DNA of 64,000 nucleotides, taken from assembly GCF_037042905.1 (NCBI RefSeq), contig NC_087252.1, positions 3,908,001 through 3,972,000 on the forward strand, read 5' to 3'. The notes beneath the pieces are model-generated. The model searched no databases. It was not told where the DNA came from and saw only the letters and a list, made by a program, of their open reading frames with translations. Source of the stretch: Lytechinus pictus (taxonomy: Eukaryota). Each line of letters starts with the position of its first letter. Position 1 is the stretch's first letter. Shown here piece after piece: positions 1-12,125 of the stretch. The translations under genes were made by a program, and so were the position numbers.

Positions 1-232
1 TACTAATATTTGATATTTTGACATCTAATTTCTTTTTATTTGCTTACTTTTATCAGGATCTCCCTGTCATGTTTCCCCACTTTTACTCGGTAAGTAGGCT
101 TAAACATTTCATTTTCTAATTCATTTCTTGCTCGATATGTCCAACAAATAATGTCGCAATCGAACCAATGAAACAGACTAAAAAAACGAGTTTGCCCATG
201 ACATAATGTAATAGTTTTGATCAATCAATCTA

Positions 233-387
233 GGTTGCGTTTCATCAACTTTTGTCGTCAGACAAGTTGTCGGATCTAGCCACTTTCCTTGATTTTGATT
301 GGTTGGGTAGAATTGTCACTATGGTAACTGCATATAAAACAAAGTTTATTGGATAAAACGACCGACAAGTTTATTCATAAAATTCTC
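233..387. mobile_element. Degenerate Harbinger-like MITE, same family as 4157-4302
   Basis: Shares cgtttcatcaa..gacaagttgtc..gattttgattgg..ggataaaacg.ccgacaagt with 4157-4302. Confidence 0.55.
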
Positions 388-1152
388 AACGCAAGCTGTC
401 GGTTTCGTTGGTGCGACTTTATAACACTCTAAAAAAAACGGTAAAAAGACTAGTTAATTGGGTCAGCTGGGTGCAACTGTTATTCTAGTCATATTTGACT
501 ATTTTCTAGTCGTATTTTACTAGAACAGAGTTATATCTAACTAGAATACCTATGTCAGAAATGTGACTATAGCAGTTGCACCCAGCTGACTACTTGTCTT
601 GTCAATTTGACTGATTTGTTGTAAAAGTTTAACGTTATAATTTAGATATTCTACGTCTAAAATGTTATTTCTTCATTTTATTGTGATGTGTGATTTGGCA
701 TCACGATTATGTTGCAATCAAGTGTCAGTCATGAGTATACTTTTAAAGCAATAAACTTTAATTTCTAAGATTTACTTCTTTGAATGTTGTTATTATTATT
801 ATTATTATTAAAAATTATTTGTTCATACAAGTCTATATCTCTTTATTTTTTCTATTTATTTCATGCTTATAAAATGGTATGTATCCAATTAATATAATAT
901 ATGCAGTCTGTACAAACAAATTGCGTCTTCGGATGGAATTCTTCATACCCAGTTATTAGTATCAAACTGAAAATAATTGGACATAGCAATACAACCTACA
1001 TCAGTGGGTTAAGGACCCCAATACCAAGTGACCCATATCAAACTAAATAGCGATAACATCCCCCTAAGGAAATACGTTTTAAGTGCCGTAAGAAATGAGT
1101 AATGTCGGCTGGGCGGCTACGTCTATACTCCCTTTCTGAATTTAAGTTACAG

Positions 1153-1189
1153 GACAGCTATTGGATGATGATCTATTTAAGTATCGCGA
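1153..1189 (+). CDS. Candidate 37-bp micro-exon of the Ig/Fn3 gene, (G)QLLDDDLFKYR(E)
   Basis: ttacag| acceptor and |gtaag donor. The phase-2 end GA joins the G at 2273 to give an unbroken Ig-like reading ...KYREFVIFRLDPSKDYGIYTC. Confidence 0.55.
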
Positions 1190-2053
1190 GTAAGAAGGGG
1201 CGTATCTAAGATTGAAAAATACAAGAGCATATATTTATGATAATCAATAAAAATTCGAACAAAAAAAAATCATTTAACCAGATATATGCAAAGACAAGAC
1301 GCGTCCCCTGATGTGTGCCCTGGCTTTTTTCACTATCTTATCCAACTACTGCAAGGTCCAATATCTGGAGGCTTTTCCTTTATGATAATGATTTCTTTAT
1401 AAAATTTGCCACTCTGCTTTTTGATGCAACTCTTCCTCTTGTCGTTTGCTTTGCTGGCTTGTATCATGTCCATGTAGTCGTCAGTTTCAAAGTGACTTTA
1501 ATAACCTGATTCTCCTAATTTAACTCGGGTTAAAATCTATAATGTTTATTAAACATGTTTAAACATTTTTTGACCATAAATATATAGAAATGCTTGATTT
1601 CATCCTCTATATTCAATACCAATGGCAAAAGACGTGTAAAATAATCAACTACAATATACATGTAGGGCCAATATAAACTCTTATTTCATGATCAAATTAT
1701 TCCATGGGTACACCTAGATACACTGAATAAAAATGATAGTGCATGTTAATCCAGACTTTTAATGATAACGTATGATAATTTCACTATTCACACCAAGTTC
1801 ACTAACCTTCATCCATCATTTAATCCATCTCGTCTATTATTTAAAATTCGGCATCAACTAATTTTTATCACATTTACTTCTTATTACAATTACAAATTAC
1901 AATTCATTATATTACTTTTTTTTTCTTCCACCAAATTGATTATTAAGCCTATACACAAATCTCCGAAATTAATAATGATAATTTTATTCTGCTGATGTTG
2001 AAGATTTATTTTTATTTTGGGGGGTATTTTCGGCCTCATATTTCAATCATGCT

Positions 2054-2058
2054 ATATA

Positions 2059-2102
<44 letters not shown>
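2054..2102. repeat. (TA)n microsatellite
   Basis: Read directly from the sequence. Confidence 0.95.
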
Positions 2103-2105
<3 letters not shown>

Positions 2106-2272
2106 ATATCTCATTACGTATTGGTGTATTTATGTGGTTTTTTATTTGTAAATAGATTCTTACGATTCAGATTATGCTGCGAAAAGATCTTAAGATGAAA
2201 TACTATTATTTTCATTGATATCAGAACTTTATTTTACTTTATCAGAACTTGAATTTATATCTTGATGTATAG

Positions 2273-2373
2273 GTTTGTGATATTTAGGCTAGATCCAAGT
2301 AAGGACTACGGAATTTACACATGCGTAGCGACAAACCAAGTTGGCACATCTACAGCAACAGTAAACATAAACG
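2273..2373 (+). CDS. Exon encoding the C-terminal half of an immunoglobulin (I-set-like) domain
   Basis: Translates FVIFRLDPSKDYGIYTCVATNQVGTSTATVNIN with the DxGxYxCxAxNxxG Ig motif. tatag| acceptor, G|gtgag phase-1 donor. Confidence 0.85.
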
Positions 2374-2433
2374 GTGAGGAGTTTACCTTCTGTATCTTCC
2401 ATGTCTTCGTGTGGAAATAAGATTATTAAATAA

Positions 2434-3025
2434 AGGAAAAGTCCACCTCAATAAAAAGTTGAATAAAAGAGAAAATATCCAACAAGCTTAACACTGAAAA
2501 TTTCATCAAATTCGGATGTAAAATAAGAAAGTTATGACATTATTGAATTTCGCTTAATTTCACAAAATAGTTATATGCACATCCTGGTCGGTATGCAAAT
2601 GTGGGAACTGATGTCTATCACTCAATCACTATTTCGTTTGTATTTTATTATACGGAACATGAAAAAACTCTAATTTTCTCCTCATTGTACTGTGAAACAA
2701 AGTTTTATTTTTTAAAGTGGAATTAGCACTGTTTAACATTTATGGTTCAGTCAAGTCGGTCCATATTGTCAAATCTGCAAAAATTGAAATACTGTATATT
2801 AAATTCAAACAATAAAAAAGAAGAGAAATAGTGAGTGAGGGACATCTTCGAGTCTCTCATTTGCATGTGACTAAATTGTGCACATAACTTTGTGAAAAAT
2901 AAGCGGAAATTTAAAATGTAACTTTCTTATTTTACATCCGATTTTGATTTTTTAAAATGGCATTATGCTTATCTGATTTTTCTCTATTGAATAAAATCAA
3001 CATTTTTCTGAGGTGGACTTAACCT
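2434..3025. mobile_element. About 590-bp TTAA-type MITE (Kolobok-like), family A
   Basis: TIR agga.aagtccacc / ggtggactt.acct followed by TTAA. Homologous copies at 35575 and 46862. Confidence 0.8.
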
Positions 3026-3325
3026 TTAACTAATTATTAATGATTTTGACTACAAACTAATCTTTCAACCCATTTTAAAATGGTACAGTTACCCTTCGAG
3101 ATAAAAGAGACTATCACTCTGTCTATCAATATGTAGATAATCTCGACAGGCCTAACCTTAATTGTAAATAATGGTTGATTAACAGTAAACTGGTAGATTT
3201 GCGAAAATGTCACTAAAGCTAAATGCAGTCGTAATATCAACAGTAATAGTTGAGTTGCTGTTTATTTTCGGGTGGTGGAAAAAGTAGTAGCAGAAGTAGC
3301 GATGGTAACTGCTGATGTGCATCCT

Positions 3326-3787
3326 TTCACATCATCATCTCCGTCGTCGTGATCGACGTCTTCATCAATGATATGATGATTATATGATGAAGATGATGAT
3401 GATGATGATCCTCGTCATCGCAGTCATCTACGTCGTCATCATAATCGTCATCATCGTGATCGTCATCACAATAATTAAAATAGATGATCACGATCATTTT
3501 AAAATCATTATCGCCATCGTCGTCATCACCATCTTTATCAACAATCATCATCGTCATCATTTAAGTAGTTGATATGATGATGACCAGCATTATGTAAATA
3601 ATATTGATGAAAATTACGATGACAAAGATTAGTGTATGATGATCACCATCGTCATCATCTTCTTCATCAACATCATCATCAACATCATCATCATCATCAT
3701 CATTATCATCATCATCCTCATCATTATCATCATCATCACCATCATCACATTCTTCATCATCATCATCATCATCACCGTCATCATCAT
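3326..3787. repeat. Degenerate (CAT/GAT)n microsatellite field directly upstream of an exon acceptor
   Basis: Read directly from the sequence. Confidence 0.9.
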
Positions 3788-3819
3788 GAGTGCCATTACC
3801 ATTTATTGTCACCTGTCAG

Positions 3820-3986
3820 GTCGCCCTCCAGCTCCAGTGATACTGGAGGATGAAACACAAGGTCGCTATGGTCGTTTTCACACCTTGGTATGGTCTCCAT
3901 ACTCGGAAACAGAAAGCGATAACTCCCAGCTGACTGATATTCCTATATCACGATACCTCATCCAATATCAACGACAAGATGTAGAG
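3820..3986 (+). CDS. Exon encoding the N-terminal half of a fibronectin type III domain
   Basis: tgtcag| acceptor in phase 1. Reads GRPPAPVIL...TLVWSP...IPISRYLIQYQRQDVE (Fn3 PP..P, W, and PI..Y.I.Y pattern). GAG|gtgaat donor. Confidence 0.85.
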
Positions 3987-4156
3987 GTGAATTTCCCGGG
4001 TTTTTTTTTTCGTTTGTTTGTTTGTTTGTTTTTTCTTGGGGGGGGGGGTATTACAAAGTGGACACCATACACATGGACCACGTAAAAGGTGTTCTTTATC
4101 ACGACCAGGTGATAGTCGCGAGTAGAGTGGATAGGGTTTCAATTTTTCAAGATCAG

Positions 4157-4302
4157 GGGATCGTTTCATCAATATTTTCATCCGACAAGTTGTCAGATCT
4201 TACATCTTTCAATGATTTTGATTGGCTGATAGGCACTGTTCCTATGATAAAGTGGGACTTGTCGGATAAAACGTCCGACAAGTCCTTTCATGAAATGCCC
4301 CC
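4157..4302. mobile_element. Harbinger-like MITE with CAG TSD
   Basis: cag|gggatcgtttcat ... atgaaatgccccc|cag. Confidence 0.7.
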
Positions 4303-4474
4303 CAGGTAAAAGAAAAGGTATGATAAAATATTTCCAATGATATGAAAATACAACGACTAATAGGGACGGCCCTGTGGGGTATCCATCTTATTGTTTATAA
4401 ACGAATACGCAATATTCATAATTAAATCTAGTTTGAATAGATTAATATTTAAAGTTATCTCGACAATAGTCCAG

Positions 4475-4656
4475 GGGCCGTTTCATAAAGCTCAGTTCGT
4501 AAGTTAAGAGCGACTTTAAGAACGACTGGTGAACCTTTCTTACGCGCTAGATACTCACCAATGAACATTAATGGTGAGTATCATTTACCATAAGAAAGGA
4601 TCACCAGTCGTTCTTAAAGTCGCTCTTAACTTACGAACAGTTTTATGAAACACCCA
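4475..4656. mobile_element. Palindromic Harbinger-like MITE
   Basis: gtttcataaa..gttcgtaagttaagagcgactttaagaacgactggtga is mirrored by tcaccagtcgttcttaaagtcgctcttaacttacgaac..tttatgaaac. Confidence 0.75.
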
Positions 4657-4756
4657 TGACAGAATCAAGGGCTTTTTGCCTATTTGTGTTGCGTTAGTCA
4701 TTCTCATCGAAACAAATGAATTTTCCATTTTTATTTGATTTTTCTTTCTTATTAAG

Positions 4757-4961
4757 AAAATCTCAAACTCGCGGGAACTCGATGAAATCAATGAAGTGTC
4801 TGTGAGATGGCCCGACGAGGCCCTTTCAGCAGCACCGGGCAGACACGGGTCGTTTGTCCTGGAGAACCTGATTGAGAATAGCTCCTACGTGGGTCTGCTT
4901 TGTCCTGGGAACGACTACGGTCTGGGAGATTGTACCCCTTTCACTTTCACGACGTCAGACG
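4757..4961 (+). CDS. Exon encoding the C-terminal half of the Fn3 domain
   Basis: Polypyrimidine tract plus taag| in phase 0. Reads KISNSRELDEINEVSVRWP...FVLENLIENSSYVGLLCPGNDYGLGDCTPFTFTTSD (Fn3 L..L....Y......N..G.G). G|gtaaac donor. Confidence 0.85.
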
Positions 4962-4997
4962 GTAAACGAAGAAACGTTTTGTTTTATAAGGTTCATT

Positions 4998-5159
4998 CAG
5001 GGGCGGATCCCGGATTTTCCAAGGTCTTCACTTGCAAAGGGGGGGGGCACACTTCTGTTTTGACGGCATTTTTACCATTTTTACAGTACAAATTTTAATT
5101 TTACTTCTCAAAGAGGGGGGGGGGGTGGGCAAGGGTGTGCCCCCCTGGATCTGCCAGTG
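4998..5159. mobile_element. Short CAG..GCGGATCC-ended MITE (hAT-like)
   Basis: caggggcggatcc ... ggatctgccagtg termini, related to 9966-10625. TSD not evident. Confidence 0.55.
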
Positions 5160-6013
5160 AATATCGATCTAATGTGTAATGCCTTGTTTGCATTGGGTCA
5201 ACGATCATCGTAGGATGGTCGTATGATGATCGTATCCTGCTCTTCGTGATCACCATAATGTGATACGGTGATGGTATGATGTTCGTATGGATTCACGATG
5301 ATGATAAGGTTGCGGTCTTGTTTAGCTAAGAGTTTTCTTCAAGTTTGTTCAATATCGTAGGATGGTATAGCACTTAAACACATAGGGACCTGCGATCAGC
5401 GCAGGACATCGTACAATGTAAGGGCATCGTGTGATCAGTGAAAGGCTTATTGCAACGTAGGGACATAGCACGATATCTACGGCCTCTGCATGGCTCGATC
5501 TGTGACCCAGTCTACGATGCCAAAAAGGGAAATCTTACGAAGACCGTAAATAGGGCCTAATATGTTAAGCTAAACACGAAGATAGTAGCCAATAGCTACA
5601 TACGATACCATCACAAATCGGACCCACCCAACCCAACATGATCGTAGCAAATGTAAAACTTCCAAAGTAAATTTGACGGTGTTATTTCTCAGGTAAAAGG
5701 AATTAAGAAAACGCATGTCTAATACTTGTCAATTTTCAATTTCCTAATTTTGGATTTGATACATTCTCTTCTAAAATGTATCTAGTCCGAAAGTCTAAAA
5801 CATTGTTTTGAAGATGGCATTAGGAAGTTTTTCATAGGCAAACATCACACAACAGTTGGCTGGCTGTTGTGTTACCCTTCTGTATTGTTGAAGAAACATG
5901 AATAACTTATCATGGCATTATCATTATCCTCTTAATGATACGATAATATTCTCTCCTCGAAAAAAAATGAAGACATATTCATTTTTTGTCTTATTGACAT
6001 GTTTTACCCACAG

Positions 6014-6061
6014 TTGTAGAAAAACGTCCACCGGAACCTATTTCTGAAATTGAATGCGTTG
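6014..6061 (+). CDS. 48-bp linker exon, VVEKRPPEPISEIECV
   Basis: cccacag| acceptor and G|gtaagt donor. Phase 1-1 fits both neighbouring exons. Confidence 0.75.
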
Positions 6062-6568
6062 GTAAGTGTTACACCCCTGCGAGAACCCCCCCCCCTCCCC
6101 CCTCTCTCTCTCTCTATCTCTCTCTCTCTTTTTTTGTGGGGGGGGGGGTCTTCAATCATCAATGCGTAGATCTGCCCCTTTTCGTGCCAATCATACTCAT
6201 TTAGGAATAGTTGTTTAATTTTGTCATTTTTTATATTTTATAAAATAGACAAAGAAGTTCTCCTATGTTAATGATTTATTTTTAGTAGATAATGTTTAGT
6301 ATTAATAATTTTTCAAATTTTAATATCATTCCGTATGAAAATATTTTTGGAGTAAAAAATCAAACCAAATTTCTAGCAAGTTTCATTATTTACACAATAC
6401 AAAATTGATTGAGATGATATGTCAAAGTAAAAAATATATATTTTCAATTCTTTATTGTGTCAAGAGTCTTAAAGTAAATATAAAAATATTAAAACAACCC
6501 CTTAAACTGTTTTTTCTTAAGCAAAATTAAATCACTATGTCTCCCATATATGCATTATTCTACTCTAG

Positions 6569-6687
6569 GTGCAGGTCCATGTAAGGGGGTGTGGCTTCCG
6601 AATACGGCTGCTGTGAGAGATTCACATGTTACCATGGTTACAATATCAACAGGCTTCATAGTTTGGTTATTGATGACATCATTATGA
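6569..6687 (+). CDS. Terminal coding exon with GPI-anchor-like C-terminal signal; gene is an Ig+Fn3 adhesion-type protein (NCAM/fasciclin II/contactin-like architecture)
   Basis: ctctag| acceptor in phase 1. Reads GAGPCKGVWLPNTAAVRDSHVTMVTISTGFIVWLLMTSL*: small-residue site (NTAA), spacer, hydrophobic tail, no cytoplasmic domain. AATAAA at 6872 and about 7121. Confidence 0.75.
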
Positions 6688-6917
6688 TCACAGTGAACTA
6701 TTATAGTTTATTCATTAATTAATTTATTTATTGACGTGTCTATCTCTGTTAATTCATGTATTTATTTATTTTTAACCCGAATTTATTACAAGTTCCTTTT
6801 TTATGCAGGTTCCCTCATATCATATTATTTAAAATTGTCGTTGATTTCAAATCTTTGTATTGTTAAATTTAAATAAATGATGCCATGTCTGATTTGTGCA
6901 CCATGTTAATTCTTCTG

Positions 6918-7074
6918 GGGCCCGTTTCATAAAGGACTTGCAACTGTTGTAACTTTGCCATTATGGAAACTACCATGGAAACCCTGCTTGTGATTGGCTG
7001 CTGAGCCCTGTTACCATGGTAGTTGCCATAATGGCAAAGTTACAACAGTTGCAAGTCCTTTATGAAACGGGCCC
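6918..7074. mobile_element. 157-bp near-perfect palindromic Harbinger-like MITE with CTG TSD
   Basis: ctg|gggcccgtttcataaaggacttgcaactgttgtaactttgccattatgg ... ccataatggcaaagttacaacagttgcaagtcctttatgaaacgggccc|ctg. Confidence 0.85.
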
Positions 7075-7716
7075 CTGATGTTGTTTTTGTATTATGCTCA
7101 AAATTATGTGAAATATGTAAAATAAAATAAAATATCAGATTGTGTGTACAGAAAATTAAACAGTGCTCTTAATATTTACTGTTGTAGCTCCTGTACCCCC
7201 CCCCCCCCCGATGTAGGCTAATGGCTTCGATTACCCATTAAAGATTATAATTTCTAAATCAATCATACCATATTCCTTGTTGCTAGGCCTACATGACTCC
7301 CCTGTAACGAAATTTATTTCAGCAATTATTATCTTACACACTAAATTAGTAGTCAATCATATTTTGATATTAGAGGACAAAATTTTAATACATATAACAC
7401 TAAAATACTATGAATACCTGGGGATATGATATCATTAGCTCACACGTTGCATATTTGTATAAATTGTCGCACCAAACACTTGTCCAACTCTAAAATGTCA
7501 CAACCTTGTGATTCCCCATCCATTTTTAAATGAAATTCTGAGTGTCCCCTTTATCTTATTGTACACTATCACTGGATCCTACTAGAATTCCTTGTAGTAT
7601 CCACGCAGTCTAAAAAATCAAACAGTCTTCGCTCTTCATTCTGGTGTATCCCTTATTTTCGTCCATTTACTTTCAAAGGGAACATGTCCTTTTTGCCCTA
7701 TAGTTTGATACCCCTA

Positions 7717-7968
7717 CACTAAAAAAATATTGGGTAAAAATGCTCCATGAGGGTAATTATGTGTCCAACCAACATTGGGCATTTATTTTGGGCATTTTTA
7801 TTTATCCAGTGTGATGAAAAATTTGCCCTTTTTATAGTAATTGCTGCCTATCTTTTACAACCTTACTGGACAATATTCCAGCATTGGGTAAAATATTGCC
7901 CCAAATTGGTTGGACACATAATTACCATCGTGCTGGTTAAAAGTTTACCCAATATCTTTTTTACAGTG
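7717..7968. mobile_element. TA-flanked CACT-ended MITE
   Basis: ta|cactaaaaaaatattgggtaaa ... tttacccaatatctttttttacagtg|ta, plus internal inverted tgtgtccaaccaa/ttggttggacaca. Confidence 0.75.
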
Positions 7969-9965
7969 TATCGCATTTAAACGATGTATTTGATATGGGG
8001 CGGTGCCCATCTATTTTGCAGTACACCCCCCGCGATACAAGGGGAACATTGGGGGAGTTTATATTATTTGGTTTTATTAACACTATCATGCTATATCTTA
8101 CTCAAATTTGTTACTTCTCTTGTCACCAGTGCCATCCCTTCTTTCTGCTTTTCTCCCTTTTCTCAGTTTGTAAAACGAAATTGCTTCAATTTTCCTCCTA
8201 ATTTTGAAATTGCACGTATTGCAAAAAAAAGTGTGTAGGGCCTACTTAATCATGTTAAAGGAAAATCTACAAAATTACCAGGGTTTGTGTGCGTGGGTGT
8301 ATGTGTGTATGCTTATGTGTTTGCATTTATACCTGCTGATGAAGTTTGTTTGTATTTTGTTAGTTTTCTGTTTGTAATTGTAAATTTTGGAATGCTATTC
8401 TTTTGGGGGCCATTCTCTACTAGCAGTTTGCTTTTTAATGGTCCTAGCCATATTTTGTACTATTTATTGCCTAATTATGTACACTGTATGATTTGTATAT
8501 ACATATTTTTATGGTTGAATAAATTGAATTGAATTGAAATTGAATTGAAGTAATTGAAGTATTGTAAAAAAAACTGTTCTGATATTTTCATTCTTTCTCG
8601 CAGAGTTTAGGAATTACATTCTTACAACGTTAATTAAAGCTATATATGGTATTGTGCTTTAATATAACTGTTCTAACATTGTTTTTGTCTCTTCGCTGTT
8701 TACTATATTAAAGTTTGTAAGAAATGTTTTATTGTAACATATCTTATCAGCTAATAACTGTAGTAATGAATTTACTGTAGATAATTGTAATAATTTTGAA
8801 CATTTTTGCCTTTCTCCCTGTATAAATCTCCCTGTATAAAATATACAGTTTTCAATTATAGTTTTCTTGATGTTTATACCAATTTTTTTTTAAAGTAGTA
8901 TATAACAACTTTCCTCATAATTGTGAAGTCGGATGTACTGTGAATAACTGTCCTATAACATTTAATTGTCTTTCTCGCTTATATTTAAAGTCTATGATGT
9001 ATGTATGTAAATTAGCATCAAATCCTACTTTTTTTCAAAATGTGTTTTTATGTGCAAATACTGTTTTAAAGAATAAGGACATACGATTAGATGGAAAACA
9101 ATAATTCCGTATACTTGATACATACATAACATGAAATATGCTATTCTCATTGGTTTCTGATGGTGTTCAGAAGAAGATGTACAATGTAAACACAATTTTA
9201 ATATGATTATTTCCGAAGACATGAAATGCGAGGGATATATTGTTAATGCAGGGAAGTGCGAGTTAAATGCATTCAGTTATGAACGAGAAATAATTCAATA
9301 CTGATACGCATCCATATTACTTATGTTGTGTCCTAAATGCTTTTGTATTTCTTCCTGCTGAAAATGAATAAAATGGATTCATAATTTGAATTAATTAATT
9401 ATTTTTTTCATTGGGTTATCATTGTCTGCAGAATGGCCGATTCCTTAATTCTCTTGAAAATGCAAAAAAAAAATTACTTGAATAAATAGAACAAATCAAA
9501 GAAACATAATGCTGAAGATTTTATCAAAATCGGGTAAAAATATAAAAGGTAATGCCATTTTAAAGTTTCGCTTTTTTATCAAAAAACTGTTATAATGGAC
9601 AACAAAGTGTTCGAAAAGTAGAGGATATCACTTACTCATTATTTATTTTGTAAAGCGTGATATGAAATGTAGAATAGTTAATTTTTTTCAGATCTGACAA
9701 CGAAACTCTGGATCACAATAAGGTACAATGGAAATTCCACATGTTCATGAAGAAGTCAAAAGTAATTTCACAATATAATAAGCAAAAAGTGCAATATTTC
9801 ATATAATAATACAAAGGAAATATGGAGTGTGTGACGTCATCATGCAGTTTTCTTATTTGTACAATGGCCATGGATGTGAATAATTATAACTTAAGTAAAA
9901 TTAGACGAAACTTTAAACTGTCTGAACTTTCTTATTCACCTGCGACTTTGATGCAAGTTCTGTGT

Positions 9966-10625
9966 CAGGCGCGGATCCAGGAGGGGGCCGAGCCGGCCCT
10001 GGCCCCCCTATTTTTTGGCAACCTGCAGAAAAAAGTGTACTCTGTAACTTGATAGAAACGATGAAAGACAGAAAGAAAAGTAAGAAAGAGGTATTATACC
10101 CATGATGTGTAATTTACAGCCTCACACAGCCGGCCCGACCCGAAAGGAAACAAGAAAAAGGTGAGGGGAAGAATAGGAAAATATAATATATATCAAAAAA
10201 AATTCGCTCGCGCTTCGCACACTCATTATTTAATTGGTGATAGTTGTATCCTCTTCATTAATCACTAAAAAATTCCTAATTGAGTCCCTTTTCACGTTAC
10301 TATATTAAAATTTCGACTCGCGCTTCGCGCTCGCATTGTTTAGTTGGATACTTATCTTTCTTCATGATTATAAAAACTGCTCAGAATCTTCAGGTCTAAG
10401 GACATAAAATATCAAAGAATTTGAGCTCGCACTCGCGTATTATATCAAGACCACATGAGATACCTTATCTTGTTTATAACAATAAAAACTAAAACTTCAG
10501 TCTTTAGTTAGGACTACCCCCTGAAAAACCAACCAAAAAAATCAGATAATAGCGGCCAATCGAGAAAAATGTTGATGAAAATATTTTTCGGCCCCCCCTA
10601 TTGGCGAAAGCTGGATCCGCCCCTG
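9966..10625. mobile_element. hAT-like non-autonomous element with apparent 5-bp TSD, nested in a decayed family-A MITE (about 9480-10640)
   Basis: tgtgt|caggcgcggatccag ... ctggatccgcccctg|tgtgt, with internal gctcgcgcttcgcgctcgc motifs. Confidence 0.75.
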
Positions 10626-10641
10626 TGTGTTGGGCTTGTTC

Positions 10642-12125
10642 GAGAGAGAGAGAGAGAGAGAGAGAATGGGGGGGGGGTGGGTAGAAAGAGGAGGAGATAG
10701 AGGAGAGGAAGGGCGTGAAAGAGATGGGAGAGGGGGATGGGGAGGACGAGGAGATAAAGGAGAAGGAGTGAAAGAGAGTGGAAGAGAAAGGGGGAGTGGG
10801 TAGAAAGAGGAGAGGACGGACGTGAAAGAGATGGGAGAGAGAGAGGGGGATGGGGAGGACGAGGAGGAGATAAAGGAAATGGAGTGAAAGAGAGTGGAAG
10901 AGAAAGGGGAGTGGGTAGAAAGAGGAGAGGACGGACGTGAAAGAGATGGGAGAGGGGGATGGGGAGGACGAGGAGGAGATAAAGGAAATGGAGTGAAAGA
11001 GAGTGGAAGAGAAAGGGGGAGTGGGTAGAAAGAGGAGAGGACGGACGTGAAAGAGATGGGAGAGAGAGAGGGGGATGGGGAGGACGAGGAGGAGATAAAG
11101 GAAATGGAGTGAAAGAGAGTGGAAGAGAAAGGGGAGTGGGTAGAAAGCCCGGGGGGGCCACTTACATTGACGAGTGGATACCATGCGCGACCAAAAAAAC
11201 ACGTAAAAAGGATGTCTTTTTCACGATAGGGCACGTTACGTACGTAACGTGATAAGGGTGTCAAAAACACAAAAATAATGAAAAAAGGGTATCTATTTCG
11301 CTAGGAAAATTACGTGTTTAGGGTCGAATTTGCGGGGATGATAAAACAAAATTAAAATGTTTTATAAAGGATGTCCTTTTTGACCCAACACTTCGTGTTT
11401 AGAGTCCGATTTGCGCGAGGTGTAGAATGTGGGGTCGTACTAAACCAAATAAGGTAAAGCCGACGACCGAAGGACCCATAAAAATAAAACATTCCTGTAC
11501 TTGTTTAGGGGTTCATTTCAGGGAATATTTGCCAGGAGTATCGTTTTGTTTCCAATACTTGTTAAGGGTAGGGTTTCACACGCCAATACTTGTTAAGGGG
11601 TGCATTTTCAGAATATGGAAATTACGTGTTTAGGGTGCTTTTCGAGACCCCATGGTCGCGCATGGTATCCACTCGTGAATGGAAGTGGCCCCCCCGGGGT
11701 AGAAAGAGGAGAGGAAGGACGTGAAAGAGATGGGAGAGGGGGATGGGAAGGACGAGGAGGAGATAAAGGAAATGGAGTGAAAGAGAGTGGAAGAGAAAGG
11801 GGGAGTGGGTAGAAAGAGGAGAGGACGGACGTGAAAGAGATGGGATAGGGAGAACAAGAGGAAGATTGTGAAAGCGAGTGGGAGAGAGAGGGGATAGGGC
11901 TCGAGAACGAAGAGGGGAGGAAGGACGTGAAAGAGAGAGACATTTTAAAGCGAGAGAGTGTAACCGGTCTTGTCGATGAAGAGGGAGAGATGGACAGAGG
12001 AGAGGGAGTGAAAGAGAGTTGGGAGAGAGAGTCGGGGGGGGGGGGGATGGGGAAAACGAAGAGGAGATAAAGGAGAAAAATTGAGTGAACGACAGAGGGG
12101 GAGGGAGAGAAAATGAGGAGGGATG
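10642..12125. repeat. Polypurine minisatellite (about 113-119-bp unit) interrupted by a MITE
   Basis: Unit gggtagaaagaggagaggacggacgtgaaagagatgggag...ggagataaaggaaatggagtgaaagagagtggaagagaaagggg, about 4 copies left of the insertion and further, decaying copies right of it. Confidence 0.9.
11148..11698. mobile_element. 551-bp MITE with CCCGGGGGGG termini and 8-bp TSD GTAGAAAG
   Basis: About 45-bp TIR cccgggggggccactt.catt.acgagtggataccatgcgcgacca. gtagaaag lies on both sides. Confidence 0.85.

Noticed and set aside
907..1050. Short open frame after gcag (SVQTNCVFGWN...)
   Set aside because: No recognisable domain and no convincing donor before the stop.
3327..3853. His/Asp/Ile-rich ORFs
   Set aside because: Translations of the (CAT)n microsatellite. 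Only 3820-3986 is exon-like.
10504..11270. 187-242-aa Pro/Ser/Leu ORFs
   Set aside because: Stop-free by-product of the polypurine minisatellite.
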